Shown in pieces: positions 32,296-44,929 of a stretch of DNA of 64,000 bases. The notes under the pieces are model-generated. The model was not told the DNA's origin. It made no database searches and worked only from the letters and a program-made list of their open reading frames with translations. Numbering within the stretch: the stretch's first letter is position 1; the number at the start of each line of letters is the position of its first letter. The DNA comes from Mantamonas sphyraenae STR306 (taxonomy: Eukaryota; Protista; CRuMs), in contig JAPMXV010000037.1 of assembly GCA_026936335.1 (NCBI GenBank), positions 124,001-188,000 of the forward strand, read 5' to 3'. Made by a program: the position numbers and the translations under genes.

Positions 32296-35200
32296 ATGAC
32301 CACGCAGCACGCCAACTCTCTGCGGCAAGGCATGCAGGCCGTGGAAAAGGTGGCCCGAGTCACCATCATGGACAAGGAGAATCAGAGTGGAAATGGCGCC
32401 ACTTTTGCCACCGTAGCCGCGTACACATGCTCTGTGTCTGCTGCACACATCCTGTAGGTTTGCTGGTGTATGCACAGCGTGTAGTGTGACTACGGACAAG
32501 TCCAATGCGTGAGGAACCCTCTGCATGCTGCGTGAGAGGGCGCGGAAGAACTGACCGTTGATGTTCGCGAACACGATTTCAAATTGCTGCACAGGCCGAG
32601 CAACGCGCACAAGCCGTTCACGGCGGTGCTCAAAGAGGTTCAGGCTGTAACAAAGGCCATGGCAGGATCAAAGACACAGGTTGAGGATGCAGCAGAGGCG
32701 TGTCAAGCTCTGGCATGGGTGCTGTGCTTTGACGCAGCCAGTCTACCGGGCAAGCCGCTGACGGCTCACAAACTTGCGTACAATCTGGCTCTGCAGTGCA
32801 TCGGGGCAAAGCATGAGGTCGAGACACACAGCCGTCTGGCGGGTGAGCTGGTGTTGCAGTGCATGGAGCACATGCGCGTGCACAAGGCCTTCTACAAAGT
32901 GGTGGCCGACACGCGAAAGACGTGGTTTCGTATGCTCAGTATGTACGTCAAGAGCGCCACGGTGTACAAAGATGTGGCGCAAGTAGCCACGCGAGTGAAC
33001 GCTTTGCACGGCGTGGTGCCCGTGGAGGGCGACGAGGCCGACAAGATGCAAGCGGTGTTGTTTGAAGCTGCGGCTGTGGCGGAAGACACGCAGCAGCCAC
33101 GTGTGGCATGGCACCTCCGCCTTTTGGGAATCTTGCACGCATTGCAAGGCACACACGACATTGCCCATGTGCTGGTCAACCTGCGGAAATGCGTGGCCCG
33201 TGCCAGCGCAGCCGACGATGACGATGACGTGGATGAGGACGACCAGGAAGAGGACGAAGATGCGAGTTGCCCGAGCTCCGTGTGTGAACAGGTGCTGCTG
33301 CAATGTGCGGAGCGTGCGGAACAGAGCGAGGAGGGAGAAGACGAGCAGGATCGCGCATGGGCCCTGTTGAGCGGAGTGGTGGGCGACCTGACGCAATGGC
33401 GAGACGGATGGAGGCATGGATGTGGTGGAGCACAGGCAGGCGTGATTGACGCCTTTTTGCCAGAGCCTGTGTCACAGGTGCGTCGGCTGCTGCAGCGGCT
33501 TGGCGAGGCAGAGGGCGAGGTGACGGCAGATGTGATCGAGGCGGCAAAGCAAGTGCACACCACGGTGACAGCGATGAGTGACAGCATCACTCTGGGCCAA
33601 CATACAACGGTGGCCATGCTGGGACTAATGGGAGGCGTGCGTGAGCTCGCAGAGTCGATGGAAGGGGAGACGACGGCCCGGTGTTTGCTTCTGGCGATGC
33701 AGCCGGCGCTGCTCGGTGCCACCCTGGCCGTGCACGGCGACGTATCCAACACAGCTCGTCTGTGGCAGGCGGTGGCAGAGAAGCAATGGGCTCAGTACGC
33801 CCGGGAGGCGGAACGAGGCGATTGGGCGTTTCTGTTGTTGCGCACGGCTATGAAACTGGCCCTGAAACACGCCGACGTGGCTGGCACAGAGTACCACTGG
33901 GCCAGTTTGTGCATGGCTTCCCTCAATGCCAGTGTGTCGCACAGCCACCACGGCCTGGCGCAGCTGGCTCAGCAGGCGTGGCATCAGCCATGGCCGAGCA
34001 AGGTCGGAGAAGCAAAGCGCACGCAAATCAAACACAAAATCGACGCCGTGCTGGAAGCCACCCAGCAGGAGCAGGACGATGAAGAGGAGGATGAGGAGGA
34101 CCAGGAGGAAGAGGACCAGGAACGCGGAGAGGCGATGGACATCGACACGATGGTGCGGGCAATTGCGGAGGAGCAACAACGAGGCGAGGACACACATGAG
34201 CTGTCGCCCGAGATGAATCATGGTGTGGATTCCTGGAGCCGCATAGCAGGCAAAGACGAGGTGGATGCGCTGCTGAAGGCAATGGACGAGGCACAGGTGA
34301 ATGCATCGTGGCAGCGGGCGATAGTCGATGCCATCGTAGATGCTGCGTCGACAAGCAACCATGCCACCATGGAAGCAATGGCGCAGGCGGTGGTTGAGGA
34401 CGAAAGACGCGCGGTGGCCGACGAATTGTGGCTGGTGTCTGCCGTGTCGTCTTTATCTAGCAATGGCACAAACGACACAGGAGGCAAGCACAGACGATGG
34501 ACATCAAGGCGCACTTGCCATTCTGGACAAGGGTGTGCGTGTGGCAGTCGACGTGGCCCGTGAGGGTGGACACGGGTGGCGGGCAGCCGAGCAGATGGCC
34601 GCGCTTCTCTGCTGGCGCGGGTTGCTCAGCAACAGCGGTGCAGGCGACACAGACATGGCCACAGGTCTGTGGCTGTGGCAGGCGTGTGTGCACCAGCAGC
34701 AAGAGCTGCACACGGGCCTCTCTGTCTCGTTTTGCGTGCAAACCATGCGCATCGCGTGCAGTCAGTATGCTCTCCACGGTCACTGGAAGGCAGCAATCGA
34801 CTGCCTGCAGCTTGCATGTACTGTGGCTGCGGTGGGAGGTGATGGCAGTGCGCAGGACCTGGTCAATGTTTACCTGGACCTTGCCTGGGTGTGTCTGGCA
34901 TGCGGTGAGATGGGCCGCGCTCGCGCGTTTCTGCAGCTCGTAGACCGCGAGGTGTTGGACAGAAGCATGTCTCACTTGACAGGCATGCGATTCCGAGTCC
35001 TTTCAGCCCACGCGTCGATTTACGAGCGGGAGGACGGGGAGGACGAAGCCACGGCGGTGCTGGTCGAATGCTCGGGTGAACTGGGCGATCGAAGAGATCT
35101 GGAGGCCGTGTGTATGCTTGCCAGTGTGCACCGTGTGTGGTGTGAGGCTATGCGGGAGTCCGGTCGAGGTGCAGAAGCACTGGAGCACGGTCTGCAGGCC

Positions 35201-37298
35201 GTGCGATATGCACTCGCGGCGTACAGCAGCATGGGTGGTGACAAGGACGACATGCAATGGCAGCGCAGCACGGAAGAGGGGTGGCGATTCATGCGAGACA
35301 TGTGTGACACTCTGCTGCTGCTGGGCGAGCTGTACGTGGAGAGAGGCATCCCCGTTGATGCGATGTACTACTTTGGGCGTGGGGTCAAGGTGGCGGCGGC
35401 ATGCAACGCTCCGGCGCTGCGCTTCCGCTTTCGCTTGCGGCAGGCACAGGTGGCCACACGCATGGTGGATGGCAACATGGACAAGGAGCACACACGACAC
35501 GCAAGCACCCTGGCCACCCTCATGGCACAGCTGGAGGGAGACGAGGACGCGGTTTACGACGAATTGGACCTGCTGGAGCTCGCGTTGTTGCGCAAGGAAC
35601 AGGCATTGCTGGCAGAGGGCGGAGCAGACGCGAGCAGCAAGGGGACAAAGAAGCGAAAAGGACGTGGACGCGGCAAGAGTCAATTGCAAACGCAGATTGC
35701 ACAGTGGTGGGAAGCCCTGGAGACACATGGAAGGATATGGAGCAGCAGGGACATGGCAGCCGGATTCGAGGTGCCGGACACCATTGCCTCTGTGAAGGAT
35801 GGCGAGAGTGCCAGTGCATCCGTGTGGCAATGGGTGCAAGAATCCGAGGAGATGACGGCAATTGTGTGCATGACTGGAGGTGGAGGGGCAGGTGCGTCGT
35901 CGTCGTCGTCGTCGATGGCAAACAACAAGCGAGCGCGGCGCAGCACACGCCGCACGAGCGGCCGTGCAACGCGAGCGTCGTCTCGACGTAGCACCAGCCA
36001 ACCAAACACCGCCACCACCACAAGTGGTGGTGCGCATTTGAGCATGCAGGAGCGTCTGAGCCAGCTACAGGCGCAGGAGTGGAACAATGTCCGCGTGGAG
36101 CGGATGGGGTGCGAAGTGATGCTTCTGCTGGCGTCGATGGGCGCCGCAGACGACACGCAGCTGCGACAGACGCTGGAACAGGCACACCTGGGAGCACAGC
36201 AACGCTCGCGTGTGTACTTTGCACTGGCACAGGACCCCGGTGCCACCACGGAGGTCGCGGTGGAACTGCTCGAGCAGTCGCTCGCGTGGCAGCAGCAGCG
36301 CATGGAGCCGTGGCTGACCAGGCGCATCTGCAGGCAGATGGCTCAGCGGCTGCTGACGCAGGGACGTGTCGAGGACGAGAGTGATGAGGATGAGGTGTCG
36401 TCGGTGCGCGCTGCAGCTCGGATGTTGGATCTGTCGCACGGTGTCAGCATGCGTCACAAGATGATCACTCTGGAACGACAGCGTGCGAGTCAGAACGACA
36501 AAGGAGGCATGCGCAGTGGCCAGGCAGAGGCAGTGGCATGGCCGGAGGATGTGTTTGACACGGAGGAGGACGACGACGACGGCTCGTGGCTTCGGCAGGC
36601 GGATCTTGCACTCGTTACCCTGAGTCTCAGCGACGACTTGGCGACGCTGATGGTGCAACGGGACGAAGGGGGCGGCGATGGCGTGGCACCCACTTTGGTG
36701 TGTGCTGAAGTGGGTCGGGAGGAGGTGCTCGCCATGCGCACGGAGCTGGTGGCCATCCTGGCCGAGAGCGACGCATCGACGTCCAAGGATATCCCTGTGG
36801 ACACTGACGCAGAGAGGCGTGCATGGTGGACAAATCGATATTCCATCGACGGGCGCATGGAGGCGTTGGTACGACGCGTGCGTGGATGGCTGGGTTGCTG
36901 GACATGTTTGCTGGTCGGCTTGAGTCGTGCGGATTTCGACGGCGGCGTTGCGGCAACGCGAGTCGTGCAAGCGGCGGAAAAGTTGGCGGTGGCAATCGAG
37001 GACACAGTGGGCACAGTGGATGAGGAGGTGATGTGCAGTGTGGAGCAGGTACTGCGGTGTGCGGCAGCGGCACCAGAGACGATTGTTCGGTCGCCAAAGA
37101 ATGTGGTGCAGCTGGCAACCTGGCTGGTCGAGCGCATGGCCGCGCCGTCGTCGGACTCTGACGCAGTCATGAAACGCACCGTAACGGATGTGGCTGCCCT
37201 CATTGAGAGTCACTTGTCAGCGGTGGCACTGATGTCAGACGTGGGCCGCTCCACACGCAAGAGCACGGCGAAAAAGGCACGCAGCAGCCGCAAGGCAC

Positions 37299-37335
<37 letters not shown>

Positions 37336-38098
37336 TGACAGTGCCGGTGGCACTCGAGAGGAAGAGTCTGGTGGTGCGAGGAGTGGGAACGGGCGAGTGG
37401 CGGATCGGCATCCGGTGCTGCTGGTGGTGGACAACTTTCTGTGCCAGATGCCCTTGGAGCAGGTGTTGCCGGAGCAGTGCATGGCGCGTGTGCCCTCGCG
37501 TGCGTTTGCACGAGTGCGTTTGGCGCAGCGTGATGCCGAGGCGGCGAGCGGCAGGCCTCGGTGTGCGGTGGACGACACCTTTTTTGTGCTCAATCCGGGC
37601 AAGGACCTGACGAGGACGGAGGATACGTTCAAAGAGGTGTTTGAACGGCAACAACACTGGCAAGGCATTGCTGGAAGAGGACCGTCTGCTGATGAGTACA
37701 GGACAGCGCTCGGGCGCCATCCCATGTTTGTGTACTGTGGACACGGCGCGGGTGAGCAGTACTTCCGCTCGGACGACATCAAGCGGTTGGATGCGTGTGC
37801 CACCAGTTTGCTTGTGGGCTGCTCCAGTGGGCGGTTGCGCGACAGTGGGCGCTTTGAGGCTCAGGGACCGGTGCTCATCTACCTGCTGTGCGGCAGTGCA
37901 GGCGTGTTGGGCAACTTGTGGGATGTGACAGACAAGGACATTGACCGATTTAGTCTCCATCTGATGCAGCAGTGTCTACTGGATGGCCAGCGCGGCGAAC
38001 TACTGCCGGCGCTTGTCCAGGCTCGTGCTGCCTGCACATTGACTCATCTCAACGGGATTGCGCCTGTGTGGTATGGTCTTCCTGTGGTCACTGAATGA
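32296..38098 (+). CDS. ESP1: separase (peptidase C50), 5' intron, apparent frameshift at ~34447
   Basis: C-terminal WW..R..ID, FVLNPGKDL..TE, MFVYCGHGAGEQY (catalytic His), LVGCSSG (catalytic Cys), GNLWDVTDKDIDRF and AP.WYGLP, preceded by a long helical N-terminal region. Confidence 0.93.
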
Positions 38099-38128
38099 AA
38101 ACAAAGATGGAGTTCATGTGCAGCACAT

Positions 38129-40032
38129 TCAAGCATCTTCAGAGCCAAATTCTGCGAGCAGATCAAAAGCCGATTGCACTCGGCCGTCGTCGTCGTCGTC
38201 GTCGTCGTCGCCTTGCGAAAATGTGTTGAGGAACTCGTCGATAGCAGCCGCATCTTGGTCGTCGTCGTCGTTGGTGCCGTCCGATTCCAGCAGCCAGCCG
38301 TCGTTGTCTGCCTCGTCCTGCTCGAAGAATTGGTTGGGGACAAAGTGGAGAAGGACTCGGCCGTCCACCACATCCCAGAGCATCTCAGAGGCGGCTCGCC
38401 ACACGTCTGGCACACCGCTGTGAGCCATGTGGTAGTTTCTTCGCTCGGCATAGGCAGCGGCGAGCAAGAAGGGAGACCACTCTTGTTCGCCATTGACGGC
38501 GACCTTTGCCAGGTCCAGCGAGTATACTTTGTGCAGGTGCATCTTTTCGGCAACGAATCGAAGTGAAGAGAAGGGCTCGCGCAGCTGGTTGACAGGGAAG
38601 GAGCCAAGCAGCACCTGTTCGGCGCGGCTGATGTCGATTGCTGGAAAGACGAGACCGGGACAGTCACACAGGACGACATCCTTTGTCACTTGCATGGTTT
38701 GGAAGTGTTTTGTGTGGCCAGGCTGCCTGGAGGCAGACACAACCTTGCGGCCCATCAAGCCGTTGATCAGGGAGCTTTTGCCCGTGTTCGGTTGCCCCAG
38801 CGTGCCAATGGTGAGTGTCTCACCCTCCTGAACATTCAGTCCAGCCTCACGACACACTCTGAGGAGGCGCTTCACGCCCGAGGCACGCCATTTTCGCTTG
38901 CGATCGATTTGCTTCTGTTTGGTTTCGGCCTCCACTGCCTCGTTGGTTGTTGTGCCGGGGCGCGGGTAGGAAGAGAACCAAGTGACGACAAGACTGGGGA
39001 AGTGGTGCTCAAAGGCACGCTTCCAGGCCAACACCACGTCGCAGGGCACAAGGTCGACCTTGTTCAAGACAAGGACGACAGGCTTGCCCACATCCTCGTC
39101 CAAGTGACGGTACAGGGCCACGGGGAAGTTGTGTGCCGGGTGACGCACATCAACCAGCACCAGAAGCACGTCACTGCGTTCGATCACACGCCACAGTTGC
39201 TGCCACACGTGCAGATTGTGCTCAAAATTGTTCAGGTTGGATCGGCCGTGATTCTCCTTGACCTGGTTCAGCCACGTGTCAAAGTAGCTCTGTTCCTCAC
39301 GGTTCAGCTCATGTACATCTGTGGTGTCTGTTTCCGGTCTGCAGTGCGTGTCAGTGCGTGTCAGTGCGTGTCAGCGGGCGGGCGGTCGGTTGGGCAGCAC
39401 GAGGAAGTACACACCTTGTCGGGAAGGGAACGACGGAGGGCGACGAATCTGTCCATCCAGCAAAGATGCTGACGTCGACAAGGACGCCGCCACGGCTAGT
39501 GAGCTGCTCGGCAGAGAGCTCGTTCACAGGGATCACAGCTTCGTCTTTCCTTCGCTCGATCTCCGCGTCAGACTCGCGTTCAAACTCTGTGCCCAGACTG
39601 TGGGCGGGCGGGCGTGGACGTGTGAGTGTGCACAGTGGGGTGCGTCGTCGTGTGCGGAAACCAACTCACTTGTGGTCGTCTGAGGTGGAGGAAATCGCGC
39701 TGATGCTGTACGTCCCAAGTTCGGCCGATTCCTCCATATCCTCGTCGTTGTGCGTCTCATCGTCCAATGCAGCCTCTGGGTTACCGGTGAGCAGGCTGAG
39801 ATTGCGTCGTGCCAAGGCCTCAGCTGCCTGGAAACGCTTTTGCTCCTCCTTTGCATCTTTTTCCGCCGCCAGCTCAGCATCCAGCTCCTTACGCTCCTTG
39901 CGATCCCGCAGCTGATCTTTCTTCTTGCGGCCACTGTATGGGGTGGGCCACTTTGCACGTATCGTTGTCCTGTTGGTGGGAAAGGGTCAGCGGGTTCGTT
40001 TTCGTTTTACCGAGAAACCTGCGTCCTTACAT
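38129..40032 (-). CDS. GNL1: GNL1 (HSR1-type circularly permuted GTPase), 3 introns
   Basis: PYSGRKKKDQL, FERESDAEIERRK, FPTRP, NFEHNLHVWQQLWRVIERSD, NKVD (G4), GQPNTGKSS (G1), PGHTKHFQT and DCPG (G3). Confidence 0.9.
39342..39374 (-). repeat. 10-bp tandem repeat x3 (CTGACACGCA) containing the branch-point motif in a GNL1 intron
   Basis: The minus strand reads ctgacacgca ctgacacgca ctgacacgca ctgcag. Confidence 0.85.
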
Positions 40033-40256
40033 GCACTGTGGTTGGCTTGGAATTGGTCCGCCCAGCGCATCCACGGAATCTCTTCCAAGAAAGAAAGCTG
40101 GGAGGGAAGAGGAAGTGGCACAAGTGGCCTCACATGCAGGATTGGAAGAAAGAAGAAATTTGTTGTTGGTTTGCTTGGAGTTTTTGGTGGTGTGACGATG
40201 TGATTGATGTGTTCAACAACACACGCAGCACGCAGGCAGGCAGGCACGGGAGGATC

Positions 40257-41068
40257 TCACGAGATGTGGAGGACTTGCTTCATGAGCTCGTAGGTCATAA
40301 AGGAGACGGCCATGGCGGGAACAACCTTGAGATAGCAGGCAACCATACCCTGGTACAGACCAGGGATGCCTTTCTTGGCCACAACCTTGCGTGCACAGTC
40401 TGCAATGCTGGTGTAGGTTTCCGTGCGTCCAGGCATGCCCTGCACCTGCATGCGACGACGAATCAGATCAAACGGGTACGTTACCGTCTGAGCGGTGGCA
40501 CCACTTGCAGCACCACACAACAGGAATCCAACGGGTTCCTGCGTGCGATCGACGCCCTGCAGGAATCGATCCTTGAGAAACTCGTACACGGCAAAGTTGA
40601 TGCCATTGTAGGGTGCAATCCCGGCCAGCGTTGGGCGAATGCCCTGGTACAAGGCAATGAACCCGTCCTGCTTGACCACAGCCTTGATGGTGCTCCAGAT
40701 GCCTGTGTAGTATTGCTCCGTCGTCTGAGCCGTCAGTCTGGCCCGCACCAAGTCCAACGGATACGTTGCGGTGCTTGCTGTGATGCCCGCCTGAATGTGG
40801 TGTTCCACGCACTCGTGGTGTGAGTGTGCGCCATGTGTACGCTCCACACATGCTCAACAGATTCCCACTGTGTTTGTGTTTACACTCCCCTTCTGTGCTC
40901 CCGTTCTCTTCTGCTTCGTGTGGAAAGGGACGCCAAAACCACCGCGTGTCGGGACTGACTCACCATTGCACCGCACACAAGCATGTGCATCGTCGACAGG
41001 TCGCCATCTGCGGTCTGGCCACGAAAGAACTGTGTGTGCGTGTGCGCGAGATTTGGTGTGTGTGAGCG

Positions 41069-41099
<31 letters not shown>

Positions 41100-41592
41100 T
41101 GTGCGTGAGGCAAACGGGTGGTGGGGACGCGCATGCCCGTCCGTCTCGTGCGTCGCGTACCTCGCGGTAGTTCTCATTTGAATAAAACAGGATGGCCTGT
41201 GGGAAGTTTGTACGTGTGTGTATGCGTGCGTGTGTGTGTGTGTGTGCGTGCCATTGAGGAGCAGAGGCGTGTAGGCAAACGGAGGAAAGGGTCAGCGCGC
41301 CGAAGCCAAACGGAGGGCTTTGAGGTTGGCACACGGGGGACGGATCGATTACCGAGTACGGCGCAATGCGGATGACGTTTGTTCCATTGCCCTTGAAATA
41401 CGCCAGCGGGTGCTCCTGCGGCATGCGCTTCAGAGCGTCCCACACCCCATTGTACACGGGCTTGTCGCCTTGGGTGATCTGCGCCAGGATCTTGGCTCGC
41501 TCAAGCGGCGCCGTGGCAGTGCGTGACACGGCCCCGGCCACACCACCGGCCACCAGCGACTTCCACGTGCTAGCCTTGTCGCTTTTGGACAT
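40257..41592 (-). CDS. mitochondrial carrier (adenine nucleotide/CoA-type; ADNT1/YPR011C/SLC25A42-like), 3 introns
   Basis: [47 protein letters not shown] and [12 protein letters not shown]. Confidence 0.9.
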
Positions 41593-41692
41593 GTTGCGAG
41601 AAACAAAATTCGTGCGTGTGCGAGTGTGCTGGATGGAGCGGCGTTTGGAAGCGACGGCGCAGGCAAACCTCCCCCCCCCCCATCGACTCCAC

Positions 41693-43808
41693 ATGCCCAC
41701 TCGTCGCTCCTCTCGTCGACTGAGCACACGCAGTAGCAAGGCAGGTGGCCGTGGCGGCGGTGTGGATGTGGCACCCATGTCCTCACCAGCCTCCGAGGCT
41801 GATGTGGACGACGCCCCCGTGCCTCGCACACTGTCCTTTGATGTGGACCAACAGCCCGAGACGCCGCCCGACACCGTGGCCGACGACGCCATCAGTGTCG
41901 CCTCTTCGCACACTTCCGTCACTCACGGCGTGTCGCCCACCGTCACGTTTAGCACCCGTCTGCGTCAACGTATCTTTTCACCCCAGTCTCCGCTGGCCAA
42001 CTATTCGCTGGGTCACCAGTTCGGTGGGTTCCGTCCCATTTCGCCCACACACACATTCTTCTTCCTCCTGACACACACAACCCTCCATATCACACTCACA
42101 CTCATGCCCACGCCCATCGTTGCACAGGCCCCAAGCTGAGCACCAATGCAACACCCATCACCGTCCGTACGTTGTCGTGTCTGGTGTGGGCTTTGCCACT
42201 TCTGCCCTGGCTCACCCTTGTCGCGCGCAACTCCTCACACTCACACACAGGCTCTGCAATTGAAATCCCCGGCGGCGGCGACGGAGGCTCTGCGTACTCT
42301 GTGCCCGCAGGTGGCCTGGTGCCTGTGCAGAAGCGCAAGAGCAGCTCTGCAATGCAGCCTGTGCTGCGGTTTGGTGAGTGCGCGCAAATTTTGGCCGGTG
42401 GAAACGGATTTCCAGCGGGCGGGCGGGCGATCTGGAGTTTTTTGGCGCCAAAACGCACGTAGGAGACAAGGAGGGGCGCTGACACAAACATTTGCATGGG
42501 AAACGATGCACACAGTGAAATCACTGGTGATGATGCTGCTCACGTCTCTGTGGGCCATTTCGGTGTCCATGTACGTGGCCCTTTCGACACTGGTGTACCT
42601 GAGCACTCTGGGCCTGACGGTGGTGGTCAAGGCTGTGCAAGCACCCACGCAGTTGCCCACCATTGTGGCTCAGGCGTGGCATTCACTGCTGTCCAGGCAG
42701 CATCGACAGCCTCATGTGCCGTTGTTGGGACGCGGAAGTGGAACGGTGTCGGCGTCGGCGTCGGCGTCCGGCTCCGGCAGCACAGGAGTGGTCCACAAGC
42801 GACGCCACTTTGTGGGACCGCATGACCAGTACCCGGGCCTGTACAGCGAAACCAACGCGTCTGCAAGCTGGTCGACCTTTTTGATGCACTGCATCATTGC
42901 CTTTGTGGCACTCTACCTTGTGGTGCAGGTGGGCACCGTATGGCTTGGCACAGGTGCACCCCCTGCCCCTGTGCTGCAATCCGACGGCAGCCTGGACGAA
43001 CGATCCTTGCGTGCCCTGGTCGACCATTCCATCCAGCGACGCATCGAACCGCTGCGACGCCAGCTGGACTCGGTGTACGGCACGCGCATCAGCAACCATG
43101 TGAAGGACGTGCAAGACGCACACGGGCGCCTGCACGCGCAAATGGAAGCCGTGCGAGAGCTGGTGGCAAAGGCAGAAGGCCACGTGGGCGAGGCCAAACG
43201 AGGTGCACGCGACGCCACGGCACAAGCCGCACAGGCTGCACGCACGGCCCAGACTTCGCAGCAGGACAGCAAGCGTGCCCTGACACACGCAGGCAAGGCA
43301 AAGCACCAGGCCGACGAGACCATGAAGCAGGTGCGTTCGCTTGCAGATGCACTCAAGGATGAGGTGGCACGTTTGGATGCCACTCTGGCCGAGATGAACA
43401 AGCGCGTGGATGCCGCCGCATCCGCAGCCGCATCGTCGTCGTCGTCGTCGTCCAACAAGGGCAGCAGCGGTGGCAACGCAGTGCATGTGGTGGACACAAA
43501 GACTCAGCAGCGTGTGGCTGCGCTCGAGGGAACGATGAAGGCGCAAGCTGCACGGGTGGCCGAGTCGCGGGAGGAAGCGATGGCCAAGCTGAGTGCGTTG
43601 GAGCAGCGTCTGGCAACGCAAGAAGATGCTTTGGCCACCGTGCGTTCGCTGATGGAATCACAGGCAAAGGAGACTGGCAAGGCACGCGAGGAGGCTGCAT
43701 CGGCAGCCAAGGAAGCCAAGGACGCCAAGCAGACAGGCGACCGCCAACACGAGCAACTCCAACAACAGATGGAAAGGTATCAGAAGCAACAGCAACAGCA
43801 GCAGAACA

Positions 43809-43840
<32 letters not shown>

Positions 43841-44841
43841 CCGTGACGAGCTCAGTGGACGAGACGTACGTGCGGGAGGCGATGGAGCGTGTGGAAAGCA
43901 AGCTGGAGGAGGCGTTGGCAAAGACACGCAGCCAAGTGGAGGAGGTGCGTGCGTCGTTGGAAAGCACAGGTGCAGAGGTGGCCAAGGTGCGTGCAGAGGT
44001 GTCTGCGGCTGTGGCCGAGGCTGTGCGGGACAACCAGGCGTTGCAGGATCGCATGGACAAGCTGTTTGCTGGCGTGGGGGCCGTGGAGGGCAAGGTGAAG
44101 GAGCAGCGGGAATCGTTGGAGAAGTGGGTGACAAAACACGTGGAGAACGAGCTTGCGGAGGCAGAGGCGCGTTTGCCGCGCAACACTCGACTTGTGAATC
44201 AGGTGGTGCAACGCATCCAGGTCACGCAGCGTCAGGTGCCGCTGGACAAGGATGCGGTCAATCTGCTCATCGAAGACGCCCTGGACAAGTTGTTGGCCGA
44301 CGTGGTGGGCATGACAGACTTTGCGGAGGCCTCGCTGGGTGGGGAAATCCTGCACAGCAACACAAGCCTGGGCTGGAAGCGCTCCAGCTGGCCCCTGCAG
44401 GAGTTTCTCAGTCCGGACGACGAAGCCAGCTATCCGCCACATGTGGTGCTGGAGCCCACCTCGCTGCCGGGCAACTGCTTCTGCTTTGCCGGCGCCAAGG
44501 GACAGGTGGTGTTGGGGATCAGCTACGACGTGGTGCCCACACATGTGACACTGGACTTTGTCAGCGACCTCAACGCCGTCACCACCACTTCGGCGCCCAA
44601 GAACTTCACTGTGTGGGGTTACCGCAGCGAGGAGGACCCTGCGCCGTACGTGCTTGGCGAGTTTGAGTATCGGGTGGGCCGTCGCGCTGCACAGACGTTC
44701 CCGCTCACCCAACGGCCCACCGAGCCAATTCCTTTTTATCGCTTTGAGGTACACTCCAACCACGGCCACCCGCAGTTTACCTGTGTCTATCGCCTGCGTG
44801 TGCACGGCGAGAACGTGTCGGGTCCGACCAAGCAGGCGTGA
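41693..44841 (+). CDS. SUN-domain (Sad1/UNC-84) nuclear envelope protein, 3 introns, apparent indel at ~43805
   Basis: Basic nucleoplasmic N-terminus, TM segments and a long coiled coil. SUN motifs [32 protein letters not shown] and [18 protein letters not shown]. Confidence 0.9.
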
Positions 44842-44929
44842 GAGCCCAATTCATTCATCATTGATCATTCATCATTGATCATCCTCCTCCCTTGTCCCTT
44901 GTCCATTGTTTATTGTTATTACATGTGAT

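Noticed and set aside
37290-37335. (CAG/AGC)n and (GAC/GAG)n tracts in separase, SUN, GATA, IST1 and GSS
   Set aside because: Ordinary coding microsatellites producing poly-S/Q/D/E linkers.
44848-44884. ATTCATCATTGATC-type short repeat between SUN and ERCC8
   Set aside because: Too short and with no spacers, so not CRISPR-like or a transposon end. Probably 3'-end low-complexity sequence.
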